Shown one piece after another: positions 19,867 through 30,177 of a DNA stretch of 64,000 bases. The notes beneath the pieces were generated by a model. That model was given only the letters and a program-made list of their open reading frames with translations. It did no database searches and was not told the origin of the DNA. The translations under genes were made by a program, and so were the position numbers. The stretch is taken from positions 240,606 to 304,605 of the forward strand of contig MGFX01000001.1 in assembly GCA_001792115.1 (NCBI GenBank), read 5' to 3'. Numbering within the stretch: position 1 is the stretch's first letter; every line of letters starts with the position of its first letter. This DNA is from Candidatus Woesebacteria bacterium RBG_16_42_24 (lineage in GTDB: Bacteria; Patescibacteriota; Microgenomatia; UBA8517).

Positions 19867-20868
19867 ATGAAAAAGCTCCTGATCCCTCTTGTACTCCTGA
19901 TTCTCATTTTAGGTTTATGCATTTTAGGGTTTTTGTGGTGGAATAAAAATTCCCAGAAGGTTTCTGACGACACTCGACAAGTCGACTTTCTGGTTGTAAA
20001 AGGAAGAAGCGCAAGTCAGATTGGTGAATCTTTATATCAAGAAAATTTAATAAAAGATCCTTTGGCTTTTAAAATATATGTACAAGTCTCGGGGAAAACA
20101 GCAAAATTTCAATCTGGACAATTTAGAATTTCGCCAAGCTACTCATTGCTCGAGGTAGTTGATACTCTCATGCGCCCCCCGGCGGAACTTTGGGTGACTA
20201 TACCCGAAGGGCTAAGGCGGGAAGAGGTTATTGAGAGGTTTATCAAAGCCCTGGAAATTAAGGAAGCTGAGGCCGAGGCTTTCAGGGAAGAATTTCTTTC
20301 AGAATCTGAAAGTCTTGAGGGCTTTCTTTTTCCCGATACCTACCTTTTCCCAAGGACGGTTTCTGCAAAAACGGTCGTTTCCCGAATGCGCTCGACTTTT
20401 GATTTAAAAATGAAAGTTCTCGAGAAAGATTTGGAAGCATCAGAATTTACTCTTGATGAGATTGTAATTTTGGCCTCGATTGTTGAAAGGGAAACGAGGA
20501 CCGATGAGGAGCGCCCGGTTGTGGCTGGAATACTTATGAATAGATTGGATATTGATATGGGTCTTCAAGCTGACGCAACGGTCCAATATGCCGTTGCAAG
20601 TGGCAGTTGCCGAGCCGGGGAAGAATGTAATTGGTGGCCGATTTTAACAAAAGACGACCTTTCTATAAATTCGCCTTATAATACCTATCGTTTTCGTGGT
20701 CTTCCGCCCGACCCGATTGCTAACCCCGGGCTTTCCTCGATTAAGGCGGCGCTTATTCCAGAGGAAACAGACTATCTGTATTATCTCCACGACTCCGATG
20801 GGAGCATTCACTATGCCGAGACTCTGGCCGAGCATAATGAGAACGTAAGGCGCTACATAGGAAAGTAG
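19867..20868 (+). CDS. mltG: Endolytic transglycosylase MltG
   Basis: TIPEGL, LEGFLFPDTY, ASIVERE, LQADAT, SPYNTY, GLPPDPIANPG. Confidence 0.95.
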   Translation: MKKLLIPLVLLILILGLCILGFLWWNKNSQKVSDDTRQVDFLVVKGRSASQIGESLYQENLIKDPLAFKIYVQVSGKTAKFQSGQFRISPSYSLLEVVDTLMRPPAELWVTIPEGLRREEVIERFIKALEIKEAEAEAFREEFLSESESLEGFLFPDTYLFPRTVSAKTVVSRMRSTFDLKMKVLEKDLEASEFTLDEIVILASIVERETRTDEERPVVAGILMNRLDIDMGLQADATVQYAVASGSCRAGEECNWWPILTKDDLSINSPYNTYRFRGLPPDPIANPGLSSIKAALIPEETDYLYYLHDSDGSIHYAETLAEHNENVRRYIGK

Positions 20869-20913
20869 TTGTTGACAGCTATTTCCGTTTCGGGTAGATT
20901 AGCTTTCAATTAA

Positions 20914-21849
20914 ATGGCCGAGGAAACCATTACTCCTTCCCCTTACGCAAATCCCGAAATCCAAGTCAATGGTTACCCAGTTTCAATAGAAGTAGCGCCT
21001 CCCGGGGCCAAGATCCCTGTTTTACATAGAATTAAAGACGCGGCACATTATGTGGGACCGGGTGAATTTGACATTCTTGTTGACTTTCGTGATACCTTTG
21101 TCAGAAACGGTATGTGGAATTCATATGTTCCAAAGGAGAGGCAATGGAATGCCTTTAATTTGCCAGAAGGAATTACGGTGCTCGGTTTTATCGACCCTGA
21201 CATTAAAGAGGCAACTAATGAAATGGAATGGATAGCTCAAAGGGATTTTTATGAGAATGACAAGGATTGTGAACGATATTACATCCTAAATAAGACTATA
21301 TTCGGAAAGATTTCCCGATGGTCTAGACCAAGAACCAAATCGGGCAATTTAGAATTTATTGGTCTTATCAGGGCAGGAGTGGTTGCAAGCGAGATGTTGG
21401 GTATAAGCGTCGAGGAACAAGTATTAATCCAAACAAAAAGATTGCCATTAATAGGTCAGTCACAAGGAGACATTGCAATAGGACTTACTCCCCATAATTT
21501 AGAAACGCTTTCTAGGCTTAAGGAAAAACATTGGGTGTTTGCCGACGTTGCCGGCGCGACACTCGCTTCCATTATTGCAAATGTGAGATATCTGATTCAC
21601 ATTGGAATTAGGCCAGAGAAAGTTAGCATTTGGAATGCCGTTTTATCCCACAAAGGGGGTCTGTTTGGCCTACAAGCTCTAAGAGAGTTGGGAATCGATG
21701 CCCAAATTGTTGCAGGGGGATATTCCCCTAGACTGAATAAGGATTATTATCTCGAAACTGATTACGGGTCAGCTTCTGTAGGAGACGCCGGAAATGCGCT
21801 AGATAGATTCTTACCCGAGGACCTTAGACTTTTGGCTTTTAACAAATGA
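20914..21849 (+). CDS. Divergent uracil phosphoribosyltransferase-like (type I PRTase) protein
   Basis: GLIRAG (cf. ILRAG), DVAGATLAS (cf. DPMLATGGS), LNKDYYL...GDAG (cf. LNE.GYI..GDAG). Confidence 0.55.
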   Translation: MAEETITPSPYANPEIQVNGYPVSIEVAPPGAKIPVLHRIKDAAHYVGPGEFDILVDFRDTFVRNGMWNSYVPKERQWNAFNLPEGITVLGFIDPDIKEATNEMEWIAQRDFYENDKDCERYYILNKTIFGKISRWSRPRTKSGNLEFIGLIRAGVVASEMLGISVEEQVLIQTKRLPLIGQSQGDIAIGLTPHNLETLSRLKEKHWVFADVAGATLASIIANVRYLIHIGIRPEKVSIWNAVLSHKGGLFGLQALRELGIDAQIVAGGYSPRLNKDYYLETDYGSASVGDAGNALDRFLPEDLRLLAFNK

Positions 21850-21852
21850 ATA

Positions 21853-21880
21853 TTGACAACATACACCCATTCTGTATAAT
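21853..21880 (+). promoter_or_regulatory. sigma70 promoter for rpoBC with a structured leader
   Basis: TTGACA, 16 nt, TATAAT; leader hairpin tcccgcat..atgtggga plus T-run at ~21911-21935. Confidence 0.65.
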
Positions 21881-21962
21881 CCCTGCTTAGGCGTACATCA
21901 GTTACGCTGGTCCCGCATTTTTATGTGGGGATTTTGTGTTGAAACGCCGAGAACAACACCCA

Positions 21963-24900
21963 ATGGCCGCCAAATTCTTAAACCGCCGAAATTTCGGAAA
22001 AAAAGAGAAAAATTTGCCCGAACTTGACCTTTCCCTTGTCCAGCGAGAATCGTGGGAATGGTTTTTGTCTCAAGGCATCTCCGAGGAATTAACCGAGATT
22101 ACTCCAATAGAAGATTTTACCGGAAAAAATTGGCAACTAATTCTTAAAGAACCCGGACTTTCAAATCCTCCAAGTTCTCCCCGACAATCCCAGGAAAAGG
22201 GACTTACCTATTCTTCACCCCTCAAAATTAATGCAACTTTGGTAAATAAAAGAACCGGGAAAGAAGTTTCCCAAGAAGTCTTTTTGGGAGACATTCCCCA
22301 AATGACGTCTCGCGGGACCTTTATCATAAATGGGATAGAAAGAGCCGTCATAAACCAGATAGTTCGCTCTCCGGGGGTTTATTTTTCGGGAGAACTGGAA
22401 GTCGCCTCAGGCAGAATGCTTTATAAAGCAGAAGTTCGACCGATGCACGGAACTTGGCTCGAGTTTGAAGTTGGAAGAAACGACGTCATTGCTGCAAGAA
22501 TTGACAGACGAAGAAAAGTAACAGCTACGGTACTTCTTAGAATATTGGGCCTTGCTACCGACGCCGAGATTATGGAGGCATTTAGCGACGTCGATACTGA
22601 CGCAAATCACAAGTATATTTCAAAAACTCTCGAAAAAGATCCATCCAAAGGACGCGAGGAAGCCCTTCTAGAAGTTTACCGAAAAATGAGACCTGGAGAA
22701 CCGGTAGTTTTGGAAAACGCAGAGGCTCTTGCCGACGGACTTTTCTTCGACCCCCGCCGCTATAGCTTAAGTCGCGTCGGTAGATTCAAAATAAATAAAC
22801 GTTTGGGGCTAACTCTTCCCAACGAGAAGGGAACATGGATACTCACACGTCAAGACGTTATCGGCGCGCTTTCGTACCTAATTAAACTCCAAAACGGCCA
22901 AGGTAGGGTCGATGATATTGACCATTTGGCAAACAGGCGCCTTAGACGAGTTGGCGAGCTTGTTGCAAGCAATGCTTTTAGGGTAGGGCTTTTGAGGCTT
23001 GAGAGGAGCGTCAAGGAAAAGATGAGCCTTATTTCGCCAAACGATAGACCCTTGCCGGCGACTTTGATTAATGCCAGACCCTTAATTGCCTCTTTAAATG
23101 AGTTTTTCCGCTCGAATCAGCTCTCGACAATTCTTGATGATACAAATCCACTTGCCGAAATTGAAAATTTGAGGAAAGTTTCGGTATTGGGACAGGGAGG
23201 GATAAACAGAGAAAGGGCCTCTTTCTCCATAAGGGACGTCAACTCTTCACAGTACGGCCGGATTGATCCGGTAAAATCCCCAGAAGGGCCAAATATCGGA
23301 TTGGTTACCCACCTTGCCCTTTACGCGAGAATTAATGAGTTTGGTTTTATAGAAGCCCCATATAGAAAGGTAGAAAAGACAAAATCTGGCAGAAAAACCC
23401 AGGTCAAAGTTAGCGACGAGATAACATACCTTACCGCAGACGACGAAGAAGATTATTATATTACACACTCTGGTATAGGCATGGACGGGCGAGGCGTCGT
23501 AACAGATATTAGGGTTCCCTTAAGATTTAGAGGAAGTTTTATGGAAGGACCGAAGGAGCTCGTAGATTTTATTGACGTAACTCCCCGACAAGTAGTAGGG
23601 GCTTCTGCATCCCTAATTCCATTTCTGGCCCACAACGAGGGAAACCGTGCCTTGATGGGTTCAAACATGCAGTGTCAAGCCGTTCCACTAGTTGCCCCAG
23701 AGACTCCGGTTATTGGAACCGGCATGGAAGAAGAAATTGCAAGGGGAATGGGTAGGGTAATAAGAGCGCTTCATGCAGGGAAAGTTGAATACGCCGATTC
23801 CGAGAAAATAATTGTGAAGCTTGCTAAAAAGGCAGACGAAGTTAGCATGGAAGACGTTGAGATAGTTGAGGGAGGGAGACGGGAAGTTTATTATCTTTCG
23901 AAATTCAGGAGGACTTCTCATTCCACTTGCTATAACCAAAAAGTAAGAGTGGCGGCGGGGGATAAAGTTAAGGTGGACGATCTTCTGGCCGATGGCCCGG
24001 CAGTTGACGGTGGAGAACTTGCATTGGGAAGAAATTTAGTGATTGCATATACGTCTCTGGATGGCTATGGGTTTGAAGACGCAATATTGATTTCCAGTAG
24101 GCTCGTCAAGGACGACATGCTCACCTCAATCCACATAGAGGAATACGAGGCAGAAGTGGTCGATACAAAACTCGGTCCGGAGGAATTAACCCGTGACATT
24201 CCCAATGTTTCCGAAACGGAACTAGCTAACTTGGCAGAGGACGGAATAGTCGTTATTGGCGCCGAGGTTGGGCCAAATGATATTTTGGTTGGGAAAATTG
24301 CACCTAAGGGAGAGACCGAGCTCACTTCCGAAGAGAGACTCCTTAGGGCGATCTTTGGAGAGAAGGCTCGGGAAGTTCGGGATACCTCTCTTCGCGTCCC
24401 GCATGGAGAGCGCGGGATTGTAGTTGACGTTAATATTTTAGATCGCGAAAAAGGGGATGAACTTGGCCCTGGAGTGATTAGAAAAGTAATTGTTAAAGTG
24501 GCTCAAATGAGAAAGATTACCGTAGGAGACAAAGTCGCCGGGAGACATGGGAACAAGGGGGTCATTTCAAAAATTATGCCGGTTTCCGACATGCCTTATC
24601 TTGCCGACGGAACGGTAATTGACATAGTTATTTCTCCTTTATCGGTTCTGGCTCGAATGAACCTTGGGCAGCTCCTTGAATGCCATCTGGGTTGGGCTCT
24701 TTCTAAAAAAGGGGAGAAAGCGTCCCTTCCGGTTTTTGACAAAATTGGCGAGGAAGTAATTACAAAGGAGCTTAAACTAGCCGGACTTCCAATTACCGGA
24801 AAGGCAAGACTTCTTGACGGAAGAACAGGAGAGCCTTTTAAAGAAGATACCGTTGTCGGAGTCGGCTACATTATGAAGCTTCACCACATGGTCGAGGATA

Positions 24901-25337
24901 AGACTCACGCCCGCTCAACCGGTCCATATTCCTTGGTTACCCAACAGCCCCTTGGAGGAAAAGCTCAAATGGGAGGGCAGAGACTTGGGGAAATGGAGGT
25001 TTGGGGACTTGAGGCTCACCGTGCAGCTTACGTTCTTCAGGAAATGCTGACCATCAAGTCCGACGATATCCTGGGACGAGCTCGTGCATTTGAAGCTATT
25101 GTCAAAGGGGTCGACATACCAGAGGCTACTGTTCCAGAGTCTTTCAAGGTTTTGGTTAGGGAACTAAATTCTCTGGGGCTTTCAATCGACGCTAAAGGAG
25201 CAGTAGCAGCTACCCAGGAGGATGAAGTCGGAAGTCAGGCCCAAGAGTTGGCACAAGCCGCAGGGGCCGAGGTTGTAGCAACTAAAGAATTAGTGGCGCC
25301 AGAAGGCCCAATGGAAATAGAAGAAAAAGGCGTCTAA
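21963..25337 (+). CDS. rpoB: RNA polymerase beta subunit
   Basis: GTFIINGIER, PEGPNIGL, RALMGSNMQCQAVPL, GDKVAGRHGNKG, GGQRLGEME; start moved to ATG 21963. Confidence 0.99.
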   Translation: MAAKFLNRRNFGKKEKNLPELDLSLVQRESWEWFLSQGISEELTEITPIEDFTGKNWQLILKEPGLSNPPSSPRQSQEKGLTYSSPLKINATLVNKRTGKEVSQEVFLGDIPQMTSRGTFIINGIERAVINQIVRSPGVYFSGELEVASGRMLYKAEVRPMHGTWLEFEVGRNDVIAARIDRRRKVTATVLLRILGLATDAEIMEAFSDVDTDANHKYISKTLEKDPSKGREEALLEVYRKMRPGEPVVLENAEALADGLFFDPRRYSLSRVGRFKINKRLGLTLPNEKGTWILTRQDVIGALSYLIKLQNGQGRVDDIDHLANRRLRRVGELVASNAFRVGLLRLERSVKEKMSLISPNDRPLPATLINARPLIASLNEFFRSNQLSTILDDTNPLAEIENLRKVSVLGQGGINRERASFSIRDVNSSQYGRIDPVKSPEGPNIGLVTHLALYARINEFGFIEAPYRKVEKTKSGRKTQVKVSDEITYLTADDEEDYYITHSGIGMDGRGVVTDIRVPLRFRGSFMEGPKELVDFIDVTPRQVVGASASLIPFLAHNEGNRALMGSNMQCQAVPLVAPETPVIGTGMEEEIARGMGRVIRALHAGKVEYADSEKIIVKLAKKADEVSMEDVEIVEGGRREVYYLSKFRRTSHSTCYNQKVRVAAGDKVKVDDLLADGPAVDGGELALGRNLVIAYTSLDGYGFEDAILISSRLVKDDMLTSIHIEEYEAEVVDTKLGPEELTRDIPNVSETELANLAEDGIVVIGAEVGPNDILVGKIAPKGETELTSEERLLRAIFGEKAREVRDTSLRVPHGERGIVVDVNILDREKGDELGPGVIRKVIVKVAQMRKITVGDKVAGRHGNKGVISKIMPVSDMPYLADGTVIDIVISPLSVLARMNLGQLLECHLGWALSKKGEKASLPVFDKIGEEVITKELKLAGLPITGKARLLDGRTGEPFKEDTVVGVGYIMKLHHMVEDKTHARSTGPYSLVTQQPLGGKAQMGGQRLGEMEVWGLEAHRAAYVLQEMLTIKSDDILGRARAFEAIVKGVDIPEATVPESFKVLVRELNSLGLSIDAKGAVAATQEDEVGSQAQELAQAAGAEVVATKELVAPEGPMEIEEKGV

Positions 25338-25353
25338 ACAGAGGAATAATATT

Positions 25354-28300
25354 ATGGAACAGCTATCAGACTTAAGAAATTTGGTTGACTTTAAGAGCCT
25401 GGTTATAAAGCTTGCATCTCCCGATGAAATTCGGAAGTGGTCGCGTGGAGAAATTACCAAGCCCGAAACAATAAACTACAGAACCCTAAAGCCCGAAAAA
25501 GACGGGCTTTTTGACGAGAGAATTTTTGGTCCGACTAAGGATTGGGAGTGCTACTGCGGAAAATATAAAAGAATAAGGTATAAAGGCGTTATTTGCGACA
25601 AGTGCGGAGTCGAAGTTACCCAGTCGAGGGTAAGGCGCGAAAGAATGGGGCATATAACCCTTGCCACCCAAGTTGTTCACGTTTGGTTTTTTAAAGGCGC
25701 GCCGTCAAAAATATCTCTAGTTCTTAATGTTGCTCCCAGGGCGATTGAACAAGTGATTTATTTTGCCAGATATTTGGTGGTTGAGGTTAACGACAAGGAA
25801 AAAGACGGAGCAATAGCTGCCCTTAAGAGCGCTAAGGAAAGTAGGGAAAAAGAAGTTGTTGAGTCGTTCAAGAGCAGGCACGATGCTCTTTTACTCGAGA
25901 TTAAAGACGCAAAAGAAAAAATCAAAGGCAAGATAAAGGATAAGGAACAAGCCTCGCTTGCGATTTCCGAAGTGGACCTTGACGCTAGGAAGAAAGAGGC
26001 GGCGGTAGCCGAGGAAGAGAAAGGGATGCTCGATAAGACTGGTCAGCTTTTCGATAACCTCATCTCCTTGGTCAAGAATCTCCGCCCCATGTCTGTTCTC
26101 TCGGAGGAGGAATACGACGAATTAGCCGGACACCAAGCAGCCGATTTTATGGTAGCCAAGATGGGCGCAGAGGCAGTGGCCTCCGCCGTGGAAAAGGTGA
26201 ATATCGAGGAGACGGCGGCTGCCTTAAGAGTAGAAATAGAAGACGTCAAAGGGGCTACCTCAAAGTATATAAAACTTGCCAAAAGATTAAAGGTTATAGA
26301 CGGATTAAGAAGAACGGGAATAAATCCCTCCTGGATGATTCTCAAGGTTTTGCCGGTACTTCCGCCGGATTTGAGGCCCATGGTACAGCTTTCGGGTGGG
26401 CGCTTTGCAACAAGCGACCTTAATGACCTTTACCGAAGGGTAATAAATAGAAACAATAGACTCAAGCATTTAATTTCACTAGGGGCCCCTGAAATAATCC
26501 TAAGAAACGAAAAAAGAATGCTCCAGGAGGCGGTTGATTCTTTGATAGATGCTTCTCAAAGAAAGGCGACAAGACGCGGGCGCGGCAAACAAACACTAAG
26601 AAGCCTTTCCGATATGCTTAGGGGCAAGCAAGGGCGTTTTAGACAGAACTTATTAGGTAAAAGGGTTGATTATTCGGGCCGTTCCGTAATCATAGTCGGA
26701 CCTGAGCTTAAGCTTTCTCAGTGCGGACTTCCTAAAGACATGGCACTTGAAATGTTTAAGCCCTTTGTCCTAAGAGAAATGATATTTAGAGGAATTGCTC
26801 CCAATGTCAAATCTGCCAAAAATATGCTTGATAAAAAGCCGCCGGAAGTTTTCGACATTCTGGAAGAAATTACCAAAAACCACCCCGTGCTTTTAAACCG
26901 TGCGCCGACTCTGCACAAGCTTTCCATTCAGGCATTTTATCCGGTCTTGATTGAAGGAAGCGCAATTAGAATTCACCCGGCTATTTGTGGAGGTTTTAAT
27001 GCCGACTTTGACGGAGATCAAATGGCCGTGCACGTTCCACTTTCGGGCAAAGCCATCGAAGAGGCTAAAAATTTGATGTTGCCGGAGAATAACCTACTTA
27101 GACCCGCAGACGGTTCACCCATCTCCGCCCCTGCTTCCAAAGAAATGGCACTCGGCGTATATTACCTTACGAGTGAGGATTCAAGAATCCCAACTTCGGA
27201 AACCATCTTTAGTGATAGGCAGGAGGCAATACTAGCCTATCAAACCGGCAAACTCGAACTTAGGCAAAAAGTTTCTATTAGAATTGACGGAAAGATAGTA
27301 GAAACTACGGTTGGAAGGATACTGTTTAACGAAGTTTTACCGGAGAATTTCCCCTTTGTTAATGAAGCGGTCAATTCAGGGGTGATTAAGAAGCTATTTA
27401 CTGAAGCTTATGCAAGCGAGGAAAAAGCAAGGGTTGTTGAGATGGTGGACGCTATTAAGACCCTTGGGTTTATGGCAGGAACGATTTCTGGCTTATCTTT
27501 CGGCATTTCAGACGCGGAAGTTTTGCCGGAGAAAGGTGAGCTGATTGCGGACGCAGAACAAAAGATTGCCGAACACGAAAAGAATTTTGCCCAAGGATTA
27601 ATTACTGCCGAGGAAAGAAAAAGGCTTTCTCAGGAAGTTTGGATAGAGGCGACAGAGGAATTGGCGGATAAAACATGGGAGAGAATGTCCGATAATAACC
27701 CGATAAAAATCGTAATTGAGGCTAAAGCAGGAAGGGTATCAAGAGACCAGCTAAAACAGCTCGCCGCAATTCGTGGACTTATTGTTGACCCATTGGGGAA
27801 AATTGTTGAGCTTCCAGTCAAATCAAACTTCAGGGAGGGACTTTCGGTTTTCGAATACGTTACATCGTCCCGAGGTTCCCGAAAGGGATTAACAGATACT
27901 GCGTTAAAAACCGCAGACGCTGGGTACCTTACGAGGCGTTTGGTAGACGTAGCCCACGACATGATAATTAGGATCGATGACTGCGGTACCAAAGAAGGTT
28001 TTACAGTTAAAAAAGGTATAAGGGTCAACTCTTTCATTGCAAGATTAACAGGAAGAGTGGCGCTTGAGGACGTAGTCGTCGCAGGAGGTAAGGCGATTGT
28101 CGGAAAGGGAGAAATTATTACCGAGGGGAATGCTCAAGAAATAGATAAAGTGAAAATTACAGAAGTAGAGGTTCGTTCACCCCTTACATGTCTTTCTCGC
28201 TATGGACTGTGCGCCAAATGTTATGGTTTGGACCTTTCCAATAAAAAATCAGTTGAGTTGGGAACTCCGGTTGGGGTAATTGCTGCACAATCTATAGGAG

Positions 28301-29145
28301 AGCCCGGTACTCAACTTACGCTTCGAACCAAACACATGGGTGGAATTGCGGGAGTCGACGTTACACAAGGATTACCTCGCGTCGAGGAGCTATTTGAAGC
28401 GAGGACCCCCAAGGCCTTGTCCCCTCTTTCCGAAATCCCAGGTAAGGTAAGGGTCGCAGAAACCGAAGAGGGATGGCAGGTTACAGTTACTAATTCGGAA
28501 ATGAAGCCAGTCGAGGAAAGGAGCTATTTAATCCCAAAGACGGTTAAACTCGCTGTTTCCGACAAACAACTCATTGACGCAGGTACCCAGCTTGCGGGAG
28601 GGGCACTAGACATTAAAGAAATACTCTCAATAAGGGGGCTTAGAGAAGCGCAGGAGTATCTGGTCAACGAAATCCAGAAAGTTTATGAGTCACAGGGAAT
28701 TCCAATAAATGATAAACACTTTGAGGTGATTGTGAGGAAAATGAGTGACGAAGTTAGGATCGTTACTCCGGGAGATACGCACCTTTTGCCCGGAGAGATA
28801 GTCGACAAGGCAACCTTTGAGGAAGAGAACGAAAAAGTTCTGGCAGCAGGAGGCGGGCCGGCCAGCGCCCAGCAAGTTGTCTTGGGTATTACCCGTCGCG
28901 CCCTCTACACTGAGTCCTGGCTTTCAGCCGCCTCATTTGAACAAACTACAGACGTATTAACCGAAGCGGCTCTATTAGGACGCGAAGATAGGCTTTTGGG
29001 GCTCAAAGAAAACGTAATTATTGGTCGCCTAATCCCAGTTACCCCCGAAAGGGCGGCTCTCGCTATGCAAGTAACAGGGGGAGTAGCCGTGAAGGAAGAG
29101 AAGACTAAGAAGGAAAAGTTGCCGCAGGGGGCCGTCGTACAGTAA
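25354..29145 (+). CDS. rpoC: RNA polymerase beta' subunit
   Basis: [39 protein letters not shown]. Confidence 0.99.
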   Translation: MEQLSDLRNLVDFKSLVIKLASPDEIRKWSRGEITKPETINYRTLKPEKDGLFDERIFGPTKDWECYCGKYKRIRYKGVICDKCGVEVTQSRVRRERMGHITLATQVVHVWFFKGAPSKISLVLNVAPRAIEQVIYFARYLVVEVNDKEKDGAIAALKSAKESREKEVVESFKSRHDALLLEIKDAKEKIKGKIKDKEQASLAISEVDLDARKKEAAVAEEEKGMLDKTGQLFDNLISLVKNLRPMSVLSEEEYDELAGHQAADFMVAKMGAEAVASAVEKVNIEETAAALRVEIEDVKGATSKYIKLAKRLKVIDGLRRTGINPSWMILKVLPVLPPDLRPMVQLSGGRFATSDLNDLYRRVINRNNRLKHLISLGAPEIILRNEKRMLQEAVDSLIDASQRKATRRGRGKQTLRSLSDMLRGKQGRFRQNLLGKRVDYSGRSVIIVGPELKLSQCGLPKDMALEMFKPFVLREMIFRGIAPNVKSAKNMLDKKPPEVFDILEEITKNHPVLLNRAPTLHKLSIQAFYPVLIEGSAIRIHPAICGGFNADFDGDQMAVHVPLSGKAIEEAKNLMLPENNLLRPADGSPISAPASKEMALGVYYLTSEDSRIPTSETIFSDRQEAILAYQTGKLELRQKVSIRIDGKIVETTVGRILFNEVLPENFPFVNEAVNSGVIKKLFTEAYASEEKARVVEMVDAIKTLGFMAGTISGLSFGISDAEVLPEKGELIADAEQKIAEHEKNFAQGLITAEERKRLSQEVWIEATEELADKTWERMSDNNPIKIVIEAKAGRVSRDQLKQLAAIRGLIVDPLGKIVELPVKSNFREGLSVFEYVTSSRGSRKGLTDTALKTADAGYLTRRLVDVAHDMIIRIDDCGTKEGFTVKKGIRVNSFIARLTGRVALEDVVVAGGKAIVGKGEIITEGNAQEIDKVKITEVEVRSPLTCLSRYGLCAKCYGLDLSNKKSVELGTPVGVIAAQSIGEPGTQLTLRTKHMGGIAGVDVTQGLPRVEELFEARTPKALSPLSEIPGKVRVAETEEGWQVTVTNSEMKPVEERSYLIPKTVKLAVSDKQLIDAGTQLAGGALDIKEILSIRGLREAQEYLVNEIQKVYESQGIPINDKHFEVIVRKMSDEVRIVTPGDTHLLPGEIVDKATFEEENEKVLAAGGGPASAQQVVLGITRRALYTESWLSAASFEQTTDVLTEAALLGREDRLLGLKENVIIGRLIPVTPERAALAMQVTGGVAVKEEKTKKEKLPQGAVVQ

Positions 29146-29156
29146 AATTCAAACTT

Positions 29157-29636
29157 ATGCCGACAATTTCACAACTAGTAAGGCATGGCAGAAAAAGGAT
29201 AGTTAAAAAGACCCAAACCGCGGCTTTAAGGCGCTGGTTTTCTGCCAAGGATAGAAAATTCGGAGAAGTAGCCTCGCCCTTTAAGCGGGGGGTGGTCTTG
29301 GCAGTCCGAACAATGACTCCCAGAAAGCCAAATTCTGCCTTAAGAAAAGTGGCCAGGGTCAGGCTTTCCAATAAACAGGAGATAACTGCCTATATCCCCG
29401 GTGAGGGACACGAGCTTGCAGAACACGCGATTGTGCTTGTGCGAAGCGGCAGGGTTAAAGATTTGGCCGGAGTCAAATATCAAGTCGTGCGCGGTAAATA
29501 CGACACGACCGGTGTGGTTGGAAGGAAGCAAGGAAGAAGTAGATATGGAGCCAAGAAAGGAGGAAGCGCACCTCATGCTGCAGTGCCTGTGGTGGCGGCA
29601 ACGCCCGCAGCTGCTGTGCCGCCCGAGTCGGCATAA
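29157..29636 (+). CDS. rpsL: 30S ribosomal protein S12 with an Ala/Pro-rich tail
   Basis: [27 protein letters not shown]. Confidence 0.98.
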   Translation: MPTISQLVRHGRKRIVKKTQTAALRRWFSAKDRKFGEVASPFKRGVVLAVRTMTPRKPNSALRKVARVRLSNKQEITAYIPGEGHELAEHAIVLVRSGRVKDLAGVKYQVVRGKYDTTGVVGRKQGRSRYGAKKGGSAPHAAVPVVAATPAAAVPPESA

Positions 29637-29672
29637 ATGGGGCCCCCAAGCGTAAGCTTGGGGAATAAAAAT

Positions 29673-30152
29673 ATGGGTAGAAAAGGCCCGGTTAGAGAAA
29701 GAAAAACTCCCCAAGACCCCATTTATGGGAATAAGGTAGTAACCAAACTCGTAAATAGAATAATGAGGGATGGGAAAAAGTCTATTGCAGAAAAAGAGGT
29801 TTACACTGCATTTAGCTTAATCAAAGAAAAAACGGGCGAAGAACCTCTGAAAGTTTTTAGTTCTGCACTCGAGAATATAAAGCCCACAATGGAGGTGCGT
29901 CCAAGACGCGTCGGGGGAGCTGCATATCAGGTTCCGATGTCAGTTAGAGGTCCCAGGAGGGAATCTTTGGGAATTAGGTGGCTTATTAAGGCTACACAAG
30001 ACCGTTCCAATACGGAATTTCATACATTTGCCGAGAAGCTTGCGGCAGAGATTATGGCTGCCTCAAACGGGGAGGGAGCGGCGGTTAAAAAGCGCCACGA
30101 CATAGAAAAAGTCGCCGAAGCCAATCGCGCCTTCGCCCACTTCAGGTGGTAA
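29673..30152 (+). CDS. rpsG: 30S ribosomal protein S7
   Basis: RRVGGAAYQVP, AEANRAFAHFRW; start ATG 29673. Confidence 0.98.
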   Translation: MGRKGPVRERKTPQDPIYGNKVVTKLVNRIMRDGKKSIAEKEVYTAFSLIKEKTGEEPLKVFSSALENIKPTMEVRPRRVGGAAYQVPMSVRGPRRESLGIRWLIKATQDRSNTEFHTFAEKLAAEIMAASNGEGAAVKKRHDIEKVAEANRAFAHFRW

Positions 30153-30177
30153 CCCTTTCGTGTAAGATAATATTAAT

